Shown in pieces: positions 38,876 to 47,663 of a stretch of DNA of 64,000 bases. Both the position numbers and the translations under genes were made by a program. The first letter of the stretch is position 1; each line of letters begins with the position of its first letter. This stretch comes from an uncultured Atopobiaceae bacterium (GTDB taxonomy: Bacteria; Actinomycetota; Coriobacteriia; Coriobacteriales; Atopobiaceae). Under the pieces are notes generated by a model. It was not told where the DNA came from and did no database searches. It was given only the letters and a program-made list of their open reading frames with translations. The DNA is taken from NCBI GenBank assembly GCA_947625235.1, contig CANQNP010000001.1, positions 6,356-70,355 of the forward strand, read 5' to 3'.

Positions 38876-40228
38876 ATGCTCGATGAGAAACGTGAGGCGA
38901 TCCTCGCCAAGGCATCCCGCGAAGACGTGAACGGCTGGCACCACGTGAAGATCTCCGGTGCCCCCTACGAGCTCGGCTACCAGCACGGCTACCTGCTCGC
39001 CGACGCGCTCGCGGACGCGCTCCGCGTCTACGACTACATGACCCTCCAGACCTTCGGCATGCCCTACTCCTTCTTCGTGGAGAGCGCGGTCAAACTCCAC
39101 AAGGACAAGATCCCCGATTGGCAGCTCGACGAGATGCAAGGCATCGCCGACGGCGCCACGGACAACGGCTGCCCGATCGACCTCGACGGCGTGATCGGCT
39201 GGAACGCCTGGATGGAGCTCACCGACTACTGGTGGCCCCTCGTCGCCGCGAACTACGCGAACAATCCCCCGAAGACGGGCCCCAAGGGCTCGCACTGCTC
39301 GGGCTTCGTGGCCACCGGCTCCTACACCAAAGACGGTCGTCCCGTGATCGCCCACGAGGCGTTCGACGACTTCTGGGCCGGCCAGAACTTCAACGTCATC
39401 GAGGAGGTGGACCCCGAGGACGGCAACCGCTTCATCATGCAGACGGTGCCCGGCTACATCGCCTCGATGATGGACTTCTACGTGACCTCCGGGGGCATCG
39501 CCATCACGGAGACGACGATCGCCGGCTTCCGCGGCTACGACGAGACGAAGACGCCGGAGTACGTGCGCGCCCGCGACGCCGCGCAGTTCGCCACCTCCAT
39601 CGACGAGTTCGTGGAGCGCATCGAGCGCGGCAACAACGGCGGCTACGCGAACATCTGGTTCGTCGCGGACGCGAAGACCGGCGAGGTCGCGCGCTACGAG
39701 CAGGGGCTCCAGTTCCAGCAGCTCGTGCGCACGAAGGACGGCTTCCTCTTCGGCTGCAACGCCGCCGAGGACCCGCGCGTGCGCAACCTCGAGTGCGTGG
39801 ACAACGGCTACAACGACCCGCGCCAGCAGACCGGCGCGAGGCGCCTGCGCTTCAAGCAGATCATCCCCGGCCTCAAGGGGAAGATGGATGCGGAGCAGGC
39901 GAAGCTCGTGCTCGCCGACACCTTCGACCCCTACCTCGGCTACGATTGCCCGTCCTCGAGGAACATCTGCGCGCACTACGACGCCGACCCGCAGTACTTC
40001 GCCGACGATCCCGGCGCCGTGTGGAACGTCCCGTTCTATCCGGCGGGCTCCGTCGACGGCAAGTGTGCGGAGGCCACCGACATCGATCACGTGGCCATGT
40101 GGGCGCGCTTCGGGCGCGCCGACGGCGTGCCCTTCGACGCCGACGCCTTCTTCGAGGCGCATCCGCAGTGGGATTGGCAGCGCGGCTACCTGAAGAGCCG
40201 TCCGCACGAGCCCTGGACGCATTTCTAG
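38876..40228 (+). CDS. C45-family Ntn-hydrolase (autoproteolytic acyltransferase/hydrolase, isopenicillin-N acyltransferase / phospholipase-B-like fold)
   Basis: 450-aa ORF. SGAPYELGYQHGYLL near the N-terminus, candidate nucleophile context KGSHCSGFVATG, and a TETT/GGYANIW pattern typical of the family. AAAGGGGA lies upstream of the ATG. Confidence 0.7.
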   Translation: MLDEKREAILAKASREDVNGWHHVKISGAPYELGYQHGYLLADALADALRVYDYMTLQTFGMPYSFFVESAVKLHKDKIPDWQLDEMQGIADGATDNGCPIDLDGVIGWNAWMELTDYWWPLVAANYANNPPKTGPKGSHCSGFVATGSYTKDGRPVIAHEAFDDFWAGQNFNVIEEVDPEDGNRFIMQTVPGYIASMMDFYVTSGGIAITETTIAGFRGYDETKTPEYVRARDAAQFATSIDEFVERIERGNNGGYANIWFVADAKTGEVARYEQGLQFQQLVRTKDGFLFGCNAAEDPRVRNLECVDNGYNDPRQQTGARRLRFKQIIPGLKGKMDAEQAKLVLADTFDPYLGYDCPSSRNICAHYDADPQYFADDPGAVWNVPFYPAGSVDGKCAEATDIDHVAMWARFGRADGVPFDADAFFEAHPQWDWQRGYLKSRPHEPWTHF

Positions 40229-40259
40229 GAGTTCGCGCGATCTCGTCCTGGCGTTGAGA

Positions 40260-40294
40260 GCCCGCGTGGCCCCGTACGGGACCACGCGGGCTTT
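40260..40294. terminator. Convergent-gene terminator hairpin (C45 gene / deacetylase gene)
   Basis: AGCCCGCGTGGCCCC-GTAC-GGGACCACGCGGGCT then TTT. That is 14 pairs with one mismatch. Confidence 0.65.
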
Positions 40295-40327
40295 CGCGTG
40301 CTCCTGATTCGCCGCGTGGGCGGAGGC

Positions 40328-41854
40328 CTATTCCGCGGCCGCGGCGGGATATTGGAGGAGCTGGTCGATCGTCACGAAGCTGAAGCCCTGCTCCTTGAGG
40401 TACGGAAGCGCGATGGAGAGCGCCTCGACGGTTTGCGAGCGGTCTCCCCCGCCGTCGTGCATGAGGATGATGTCGCCCGGCTGCGCGCTCTCGATCTGCG
40501 CCACGATGGCGTCCACGCCGGGGCGTCGCCAGTCCTCGGTGTCGATGTTCCAGTTGATCTCGGCCGTGATGTAGGGCTCGAGGATCTGGACCGTGTCGCC
40601 GTAGAAGTTGCCACCCGGCGCGCGGATGACCTTCGACGCCTCCTGCCCGGTGGCGTCGGCGATGGCCTGGCGGCCCTTCTCCACCTCGTCGATCTGCTCC
40701 TGCGGGGTCATGTAGGTGAGGTTCACGCCCTGGCCGGAGCCGTCCGCGTGGTCCCACGTGTGCGTGCAGACCTGGTTGCCGTTTTCCACGGCCTCCTTCA
40801 CGAGGTCCTCGTGCCCGGCGATCTGGTTGCCGATCGTGAAGAACGTGGCCACCGCGCCGTTTTCCTTCAGGATGTCGAGGATCTGCTGCGTGGTGGTGTC
40901 CCAAGGACCGTCGTCGAAGGTGAGCGCGACGACCTTCTCGTCGCCGGTGTCGGCGTTGTATTGGAGGTAGCCCGCGTCCACGGGCTCCTGGAGCACCGTC
41001 TCCTGCACGATGCCCGAGCGCGTGCCCGTCACGCGCTGCATCACGCCGTCGGTGCCCTGCGAGTAGACGTGGATCGCGCCATATCCCTCGGAGCTCGACG
41101 TGCCGAAGGGGATGCTCACCTCTTCGGTGGTGGTTTCCTCGGTGGTGTCGCCGCCATCGGAGATCTGCACGACGTCGCCGGACTGAAGCGCGGTCTGGCC
41201 ATCGGCCGGCTCCCCGTCGACCGTCGCCGTGAAGGGCTGGCCCGCGCCTTGCTCGAGCAGGCTCCCGTCGATGGCGAGGAGGTTTCCGGCATTCGGCGAC
41301 GCGTGGCCCTCCTCGATCACCCCCTCGATCGTGGTGCCGGGCTTCAGGGTGAGCTCGACGCCGTTCACGGTGACGTTGATCACCCCGAAGGTGGCCCAGA
41401 GGAACCATCCCACGCCCACGGCGAGCGCGACCGCGCAGATGATGCCGATGACCATCGGCGCCTTCGAGCGCTTCCTCGCGGGCCGCTGGTGCGGCGCCCG
41501 CGTTTGGTAGCCCTCGGCGCGATTCGTGATGATGGGGTTTTCGAGCTGTGGCCTCGTGGCGTAGCCCGTTTGCCGCGAGGTCCTGCGGGACCCCTTCGCG
41601 GAGGGGCGCGCGGAGGCGGGTCGTTGCGCGTGTGAGGAGCGTGGCGGGCTCGCAGGGGAGGTCCTGCGCTGCGCGCCTTGCGAAGGATAGGCGCCGCCTT
41701 GGGAGCGGGTGACCAACCGCCCGTTCTCCCCGCGTCTGAATTGGCTTCCCTGGGTGAAGCTTCCCTCGGGTTTCCGCTGGTTCGGATCTCGAGGGTCCCG
41801 CGTTGCCCCGCTCACATCCATCTCCCGTGGTAGGCTCGTTGGTGCTGCGTTCAC
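40328..41854 (-). CDS. Membrane-anchored polysaccharide deacetylase (NodB homology domain, PgdA-like)
   Basis: 508-aa ORF. NodB motifs VALTFDDGP, THTWDH and IRAPGG, and a TM anchor MVIGIICAVALAVGVGWFLW. The N-terminal 133 aa are Arg/Gln/Pro/Ser-rich with weaker GC3, so the true start may be ATG 41455. Confidence 0.8.
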   Translation of the reverse strand: MNAAPTSLPREMDVSGATRDPRDPNQRKPEGSFTQGSQFRRGENGRLVTRSQGGAYPSQGAQRRTSPASPPRSSHAQRPASARPSAKGSRRTSRQTGYATRPQLENPIITNRAEGYQTRAPHQRPARKRSKAPMVIGIICAVALAVGVGWFLWATFGVINVTVNGVELTLKPGTTIEGVIEEGHASPNAGNLLAIDGSLLEQGAGQPFTATVDGEPADGQTALQSGDVVQISDGGDTTEETTTEEVSIPFGTSSSEGYGAIHVYSQGTDGVMQRVTGTRSGIVQETVLQEPVDAGYLQYNADTGDEKVVALTFDDGPWDTTTQQILDILKENGAVATFFTIGNQIAGHEDLVKEAVENGNQVCTHTWDHADGSGQGVNLTYMTPQEQIDEVEKGRQAIADATGQEASKVIRAPGGNFYGDTVQILEPYITAEINWNIDTEDWRRPGVDAIVAQIESAQPGDIILMHDGGGDRSQTVEALSIALPYLKEQGFSFVTIDQLLQYPAAAAE

Positions 41855-42131
41855 AGTGCGTTTTTCGGCTCGCGAGCGTGTCGCGCGAGCCAGCCCGTAG
41901 TGTAGCCGTCTTCTTCAGGCGCGGTGCAAATCCGTGAAGGTTTCATAGAGCTTTTGCCACCTGCGGGTCCAAGGGCGGTTCCCGGTTTCGCGATTACGAG
42001 AACGGGGCAAGCACTAAGCGGCTGAACACGGTCTTTTCCAGGCGAAGGGTGCCACTCGTCTCTCGTCTCCCAAGGCTCGTGCCAGTTGAAGGGGCCGGAT
42101 GGGCCGGCTTCCCCGCGAGAAAGGACGCACC

Positions 42132-43475
42132 ATGGCACTCGAATTGGAAACGCTTGCGAAGTTCAAGGACTCCTTCTTGAAGGATGAGACGCGCCAGGCC
42201 ACCGAGCGCGCCGTCTTCAAGAACGGGATCTTGAACTCCGCGCAAAACGACAACGTCATCGACGAGATGAGCTTCGTCTTCTCCGTCGACGTCGACCAGG
42301 AGGCCGTCGCCAACCAGAAGCAGTCCGGCCGTTGCTGGATGTTCGCGGCGCTGAACACCCTTCGCGTGGACATCGAGAAGAACCTCAAGCTCAAGAAGGG
42401 CAGCTTCCAGCTCTCCCAGAACTACAACTTCTTCTTCGACAAGCTCGAGAAGGCGAACTTCTTCTACGACCAGATCATCGCGAGCGCCGACAGCTCCCTC
42501 GACGATCGTCGCGTGACCTTCCTCCTCTCCACCCCGCAGCAAGACGGCGGCGACTGGCCCATCATCGCCCCGCTCATCGAGAAGTACGGCGTCATGCCGC
42601 TCACGGCCATGGGCGACACGGCCTGCTCCGTGAACTCCTCCGAGATGGACACCGTCCTCAATCGCAAGATGCGCCAAGACGCCCTCGAGCTTCGCAAGCT
42701 CGTGCGCGACGGCAAGGGCGAAGACGAGATCGCCGCGGCCAAGGAATCGATGCTCGGCGACATCTACAAGATCTGCGCCGTCTGCCTCGGCGTGCCGCCC
42801 GAGACGTTCGACTTCGAGTATCGCGACACCGACGGCAACTTCCACGGCGACTACGGCCTCACCGCGCAGGAGTTCTACAAGAAGTACTGCAAGGACGTGA
42901 GCGAGTACGTGGCCGTGACGAACGTGCCCACCGACGCCACGCCCTACAATCGCATGTTCACGATCGAGATGGCAAACGAGGTCGCCGGGGCGGAGCCCGT
43001 GCGCTACCTGAACGTCGAGATGGACGTGCTCAAGGACCTCGCCATCAAGCAGCTCCAAGACGGCGAGCCGGTGTGGTTTGGCTGCGACGTGCTCCAGAGC
43101 TCCGACCGCTACAAGGGCATCATGGCCATCGGCCTCTATGACCTCGAGGCCCTCTTCGGCATCAAGGACACCATGGACAAGACCGAGCGCTACCTCGCGC
43201 GCGAGAGCCTGCCCACGCACGCGATGATGCTCGGCGGCGTTGACATCGTCGACGGCAAGCCCACGAAGTGGAAGGTCGAGAACTCCTGGGGCGCCGAGGC
43301 CCACGGCCAGAAGGTGGGCTTCAACGGCTACTTCATCATGAACGACGAGTGGATGGACGAGTACACCTACGAGGTCGTCATCCGCAAGGACCTCCTGCCA
43401 GACGATCTCCTGGCCGTCCTCGACACCGAGCCCGTGGTGCTGCCCTACTGGAGCACCTTCAACCCCGTTCCCTAA
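42132..43475 (+). CDS. pepC: Aminopeptidase C (C1-family cysteine peptidase, bleomycin-hydrolase type)
   Basis: ORF 42099..43475 with the catalytic-Cys context QKQSGRCWMFAALN and C-terminal ...PYWSTFNPVP. Start placed at ATG 42132, which has GAAAGGA upstream. Confidence 0.88.
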   Translation: MALELETLAKFKDSFLKDETRQATERAVFKNGILNSAQNDNVIDEMSFVFSVDVDQEAVANQKQSGRCWMFAALNTLRVDIEKNLKLKKGSFQLSQNYNFFFDKLEKANFFYDQIIASADSSLDDRRVTFLLSTPQQDGGDWPIIAPLIEKYGVMPLTAMGDTACSVNSSEMDTVLNRKMRQDALELRKLVRDGKGEDEIAAAKESMLGDIYKICAVCLGVPPETFDFEYRDTDGNFHGDYGLTAQEFYKKYCKDVSEYVAVTNVPTDATPYNRMFTIEMANEVAGAEPVRYLNVEMDVLKDLAIKQLQDGEPVWFGCDVLQSSDRYKGIMAIGLYDLEALFGIKDTMDKTERYLARESLPTHAMMLGGVDIVDGKPTKWKVENSWGAEAHGQKVGFNGYFIMNDEWMDEYTYEVVIRKDLLPDDLLAVLDTEPVVLPYWSTFNPVP

Positions 43476-43515
43476 CGCAATGGTCGCACCCCTTGCGCTC
43501 GCTCCATGAGCGCCA

Positions 43516-43557
43516 GGCAAGGCCCAAACCCCGTGCCCGTGGGGTTTGGGCCTTGCC
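43516..43557 (+). terminator. pepC terminator
   Basis: GGCAAGGCCCAAACCCC-GTGCCCGT-GGGGTTTGGGCCTTGCC is a perfect 17-bp stem, followed by CTTGTT. Confidence 0.75.
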
Positions 43558-43706
43558 CTTGTTCATCCATTGAGCTGCTGATTTCGTTTACGAACCGTTC
43601 ACGGCTTCCATGGCAAGGCCCTCCCCTCGGCGGGTATGCACCCCCTCAGAGATTGCACTACCCATACGGAGGGGCGCCCACTGGGCGCGGTTTGAAGGAG
43701 AAGGCC

Positions 43707-45941
43707 ATGAGCTTGAGAAAGCATGGCACGGACGGGACGGTCGCAAAGCAAGCGACCGCCAGGAGCACGAACTACATATCCCTCGCGGCGCTCACGATGA
43801 TGAACGTCACCGTGGTCGCGGGCCTCGCGAACGACGTGCAGCAGTCGTTCTACGGCCTGTCCTCGGTGACGTACTTCATCATCGGCGCCCTCGTGTTCTT
43901 CCTGCCCACCGGCTTGGTGGCGGCGGAACTCGCAGGCGGCTGGAGCGAGCGCGGCGGCATCTTCAGGTGGGTCGGCGAAGGCATCGGCCCCGCGTGGGCG
44001 TTCGTCTGCATCTTCCTGCTCTGGTTCCAGACGACGTTCAACTTCGGCGTCGGCGTCGCGAGCTTCTCGGCCACGATCGGGTTCTTCACGCCAGACTTCG
44101 ATTGGGCGGTCAACTTCGCCCAGCACCCCTCGAACGAGCTCTTGATCATGTGCTGCTGGCTTGGGTTCTATTGGTTCCTCTGCTGGCTCGCCACCAAGGG
44201 CGTGAAGACCTTTGCGCCGCTCACCAAGTACGGCGTGCTCGTGGGCACCTTCATCCCGCTCGCCGTGATCATCATCCTGTTCTTCGTCTACGTCGGCCAG
44301 GGCCACCCCATCGAGTTCATGCAGGATCCCAACACGAACTCCCTCATCCCGAAGTGGGAGGGCATGAACACCCTCGCGCTCGCGGCCGGCGTGTTCTTCT
44401 CCTTCGCGGGCATCGACATGAACGCCGCCCACATCAAGGAGATCAAGGACCCGCGCAAGACCTACCCGCTCTCCATCGTCATCTCGATGGTCCTCGCGCT
44501 CATCATCTTCATGGTCGGCACGCTCATCATCGCGGCCGTCATCCCGAACGACCAGATCAACGTGCTCTACACGCTCTACGCGACGTACAAGACCCTCGGC
44601 TCCACCATAGGCATCCCATGGCTCTACATGGTCTTCGTCTACATGGGCCTCGGCGCCACGATCGCGAACCTCGTGACGAACCTCGCCGGCCCCTCGGTGA
44701 TGCTCGGCAACGCGGGACGCTCGGGCTTCCTGCCGAAGTTCCTGCAGAACTCCAACAAGAACGGGATGCCGTCCCGCCTCATGTACGTGCAGCTCGGCGG
44801 CATGACGCTCGTCGCCTTCATCGTCTTCTTGCTCCCCAACATCGAGGGCTTCGTCGTCCTCATCACGCAGGCCATCACGATCCTCTACATGCTCTACTAC
44901 GTGCTGATGTTCATCGCATTCATCCGCCTGAAGTACACGCAGCCGAACCGTCCGCGCTCCTTCGTGGTGCCCGGTGGCAAGGTGGGCGCCTGGATCGTCG
45001 CCGGCGTCGGCACGGCTGCCTCGATCTTCGGCATCGTCCTCTCGATCATCCCGCCCGCGCAGATCAAGGCCGAGATCGGCTCCGGCACCACCTACGTGAT
45101 CATCGTCTGCGCCCTCACCGCGATCGTCCTTCTCGTCTCCTTCGGCATCTACGCGATCAGCCGCAAGAAGAACTGGGTCGACCCCAAGAACGAGATGTCC
45201 CCCTTCACCTGGGAGATCGAGGGCCTGAAGAAGCCGGGTCGCGTGACCTCGAACGTCCCCGCCGACGTCCTTGCGCAGGGCCAAGACCCGATGGGCCTTC
45301 CCATCAAGCACCCGTGGTCGCCTGACGCGCACGTCGACCTCTCCCAGTACGCCGGCTACAGCTCGAACAAGGGCGGCAAGCGCTTCGGAAAGGGCAAGGG
45401 CGATGGAGCGCCCGCTCCCGAGCCCGTCGTCTCGCATGAGGCGAGCAAGGAAGCCGTCATCGCCACGGCCGCGCAGAAGGTGGAAGCCGGCACCGCCGTC
45501 ACCGCCACGCCCGTCCCCGAGCCGCTCCAGGAGACCGTCGACGCGGTCGCGAAGCCGAAGGAAAAGGACACGCAGCCCGCGGTGGCCATACCGCGCAGGC
45601 ACGTACCCGCCGCAACCGCGGAAGAGGTGGCCGCCGCGACGCTTCCCAGAGACGCTCTCCAAGCGGCGAAGGACGCCGAGGCAAAGGCCGAGGAGCTCGC
45701 CGTCGCCTCCGCCGCGCTCAGGCAGGAGGCCAAGGCCGACGAGGCGCTCGCCAAGGCGCGCAACGCCGCCAAGGCCGCGAAGGCCGCAGCCGAGGATGCC
45801 AGAAGGGCCGCAGGCTTGGATGGAAGCGCCTCCTCCGCGCCCGAGGGACCCGCGCCCAAGTCGCCCGCGCCTGGGGCTTCCAAGGACGCGACACCAAGCC
45901 CGGACAAGCCCACTGACCCGTCCGCTCCAAGCGCCTCGTAA
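43707..45941 (+). CDS. APC-superfamily amino-acid permease (glutamate:GABA antiporter GadC/YjeM-like) with a disordered C-terminal tail of about 260 aa
   Basis: ORF 43506..45941. Start moved to ATG 43707, which has GAAGGAG upstream. There are about 12 hydrophobic segments and GadC-like motifs (AAELAGGWSERGGIFRWVGEGIGPAW). After ...YAISRKKNW the remainder is Ala/Pro/Lys/Glu-rich with no TM segment. Confidence 0.85.
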   Translation: MSLRKHGTDGTVAKQATARSTNYISLAALTMMNVTVVAGLANDVQQSFYGLSSVTYFIIGALVFFLPTGLVAAELAGGWSERGGIFRWVGEGIGPAWAFVCIFLLWFQTTFNFGVGVASFSATIGFFTPDFDWAVNFAQHPSNELLIMCCWLGFYWFLCWLATKGVKTFAPLTKYGVLVGTFIPLAVIIILFFVYVGQGHPIEFMQDPNTNSLIPKWEGMNTLALAAGVFFSFAGIDMNAAHIKEIKDPRKTYPLSIVISMVLALIIFMVGTLIIAAVIPNDQINVLYTLYATYKTLGSTIGIPWLYMVFVYMGLGATIANLVTNLAGPSVMLGNAGRSGFLPKFLQNSNKNGMPSRLMYVQLGGMTLVAFIVFLLPNIEGFVVLITQAITILYMLYYVLMFIAFIRLKYTQPNRPRSFVVPGGKVGAWIVAGVGTAASIFGIVLSIIPPAQIKAEIGSGTTYVIIVCALTAIVLLVSFGIYAISRKKNWVDPKNEMSPFTWEIEGLKKPGRVTSNVPADVLAQGQDPMGLPIKHPWSPDAHVDLSQYAGYSSNKGGKRFGKGKGDGAPAPEPVVSHEASKEAVIATAAQKVEAGTAVTATPVPEPLQETVDAVAKPKEKDTQPAVAIPRRHVPAATAEEVAAATLPRDALQAAKDAEAKAEELAVASAALRQEAKADEALAKARNAAKAAKAAAEDARRAAGLDGSASSAPEGPAPKSPAPGASKDATPSPDKPTDPSAPSAS

Positions 45942-45961
45942 CCCCCTCCGCGAGCGCCCAT

Positions 45962-46000
45962 GGAAAGGACCGCATCCCGAGTTCGGGGTGCGGTCCTTCC
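45962..46000. terminator. Convergent-gene hairpin (permease / fucO), no U-tract
   Basis: GGAAAGGACCGCATCCCGA-GT-TCGGGGTGCGGTCCTTCC. About 18 pairs, with one bulge and one G-U pair. Confidence 0.6.
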
Positions 46001-46040
46001 TCGTGGCGCGTGTGGGTGTGGCGCGCCTTCGCGCGAGGCC

Positions 46041-47204
46041 TTAGGGCATGACCTTGCGGAAGAGGATCTCCACGTCCTCGGCCGTGGCCTCGCGCGGGTT
46101 GCCGGGCGCGCACGCGTCGGCGAGGGTGTCGGCCACGAGGCGATCGAGGTCGTCTTCCACGAGCCCGTCCACGACGGTGGGGATGCCCACGTCCTCGCCG
46201 AGCTGGCGAACGGCGTCCACCGCGGCCTCGCGCGCGTCCTCGATGGACATCTCGTCCACGCCGGAGACGCCCATGGCGCGTGCCACCTCGCGCAGGCGCT
46301 CGCCGGTGGAGGCGGCGTTGTAGGCCATCACGTGCGGGAGCATGATCGCGCAGGCCACGCCGTGCGGCGTGTCGTAGTTCGCGCCGAGCGTGTGCGCCAT
46401 GGAGTGCGCGATGCCGAGGCCCACGTTCGAGAAGCCCATGCCCGCGATGTACTGGGCGAGCGCCATGCCGGCGCGACCGGAGCCGGGCACGCCCGTCTTG
46501 GCCTCCTCCACGGCGTCGCGCAGGTGCGCGGAGATGAGGCGGATGGCCTCGAGGTGGAACATGTCGGGGATCTCCCAGGCGGCCTTCGTGGTGTAGCCCT
46601 CGATGGCGTGCGTGAGCGCGTCCATGCCGGTGGCGGCCGTGAGGCCCACGGGCATGGAGGCCATCATGACGGGGTCGACGATGGCGACCTCGGGGATGTC
46701 GTTGGTGTCGACGCACACGAACTTGCGCTTCTTCTGCACGTCGGTGATCACGTAGTTGATCGTCACCTCCGCCGCGGTGCCGGAGGTGGTGGGGATGGCG
46801 ATGGTGAAGACCGCGTGGTGCTGCGTGGGGGCGACGCCCTCGAGCGAGCGGACGTCGGCGAATTCCGGATTGGCGACGATGATGCCGATGGCCTTGGCGG
46901 TGTCCATCGCGCTTCCGCCGCCGATCGCGACGATGCAGTCGGCGCCGGAATCCTCGAAGGCGGCCACGCCCGACTGCACGTTTTCGATCGTGGGGTTCGG
47001 CTTCACGTCCTGGAAGACCTCGTAGTCCACCGCCGCGTCATCGAGGATGTCGGTCACCTTCTTGGCCACGCCGAACTTCACGAGGTCGGGGTCGGTGCAG
47101 ACGAAGACCTTCTTCTTGCCGTTGCGATCGAGTTCGCCCACGAGCTCGTCCAAGGCGCCTTCGCCGTGGTAGGAGATGGTGTTGAGGACGATGCGGTTGG
47201 CCAT
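46041..47204 (-). CDS. fucO: Iron-containing alcohol dehydrogenase, lactaldehyde reductase (1,2-propanediol oxidoreductase) type
   Basis: 387-aa ORF that looks closely collinear with E. coli FucO as I recall it (MANR..LN....G.GA; GGGS..DT.KAIGII..NPEFADVRSLEG; AIPTT.GTAAEVTINYVITD...RKFVCVD). Confidence 0.85.
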   Translation of the reverse strand: MANRIVLNTISYHGEGALDELVGELDRNGKKKVFVCTDPDLVKFGVAKKVTDILDDAAVDYEVFQDVKPNPTIENVQSGVAAFEDSGADCIVAIGGGSAMDTAKAIGIIVANPEFADVRSLEGVAPTQHHAVFTIAIPTTSGTAAEVTINYVITDVQKKRKFVCVDTNDIPEVAIVDPVMMASMPVGLTAATGMDALTHAIEGYTTKAAWEIPDMFHLEAIRLISAHLRDAVEEAKTGVPGSGRAGMALAQYIAGMGFSNVGLGIAHSMAHTLGANYDTPHGVACAIMLPHVMAYNAASTGERLREVARAMGVSGVDEMSIEDAREAAVDAVRQLGEDVGIPTVVDGLVEDDLDRLVADTLADACAPGNPREATAEDVEILFRKVMP

Positions 47205-47330
47205 GGAAGCCTGCCTCTCTCATAGGAGCCCCCAGGGCGAGGCCCGAAGGGCACGTGCGGACGCCCCCATCCTACGGCAGGGAGGGCGCGCGAGGAGCGC
47301 TCGCGCCGATCGATCGGATGCGACTGGCCC

Positions 47331-47663
47331 TTAGAGGGGAACGGCACCGAGCACGAGGTAGAAGACGAGGCCCGCGATCGCGCAGACGATGAGCGAGCCG
47401 GTGCGCTTGGCGAGCACCACGACACCTCCCGCGGCGATGAGCGGCACGAGCGCCTGCCAGATGTCCCCCGCCGCCCATGCCGCGGGCTGGCAGAGGTCGT
47501 TTGCCACGAGCGCGGCGAAGGCGGCCACCGGGATGAGGTCGAGCACGGCCACCACCTGGGCCGAGAGTTCGCGGCCCCGCAAGACGAAGAGCGGCACGCA
47601 GCGAGAGAGCACCATCGTGGCCATGAGGATGGCGTAGAGGACGCCGAATTCAGCGAAGCTCAT
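47331..47663 (-). CDS. azlD: Branched-chain amino acid exporter small subunit AzlD
   Basis: ORF 47331..47804. Start at ATG 47663 (MSFAEFGVLYAILMATMVLSRCVPLF), giving 110 aa and four hydrophobic segments. It overlaps the azlC stop by 14 nt. Confidence 0.8.
   Translation of the reverse strand: MSFAEFGVLYAILMATMVLSRCVPLFVLRGRELSAQVVAVLDLIPVAAFAALVANDLCQPAAWAAGDIWQALVPLIAAGGVVVLAKRTGSLIVCAIAGLVFYLVLGAVPL

Noticed and set aside
41913-41975. A GGTGCAAATCC plus GCCACCTG pair, reminiscent of cobalamin or FMN riboswitch core motifs, upstream of pepC.
   Set aside because: The obligatory neighbouring elements are absent (AGGGAA and CCCGC-ACTGT for B12; the RFN AGGGCGG/GGATGGGAGA framework for FMN). 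The downstream gene, an aminopeptidase, gives no functional rationale. The motif simply forms the loop of a CTTCA/TGAAG hairpin.
41851-42138. A 95-aa minus-strand ORF that exactly fills the deacetylase/pepC intergenic region. Its TGA overlaps the GTG at 41854 (GTGA), which looks like translational coupling.
   Set aside because: About 40% of its codons end in A/T, whereas real genes here end almost uniformly in G/C. The sequence is Trp/Pro-rich with no motif. Its ATG would overlap the divergent pepC start, and it has no SD. I treat it as non-coding.
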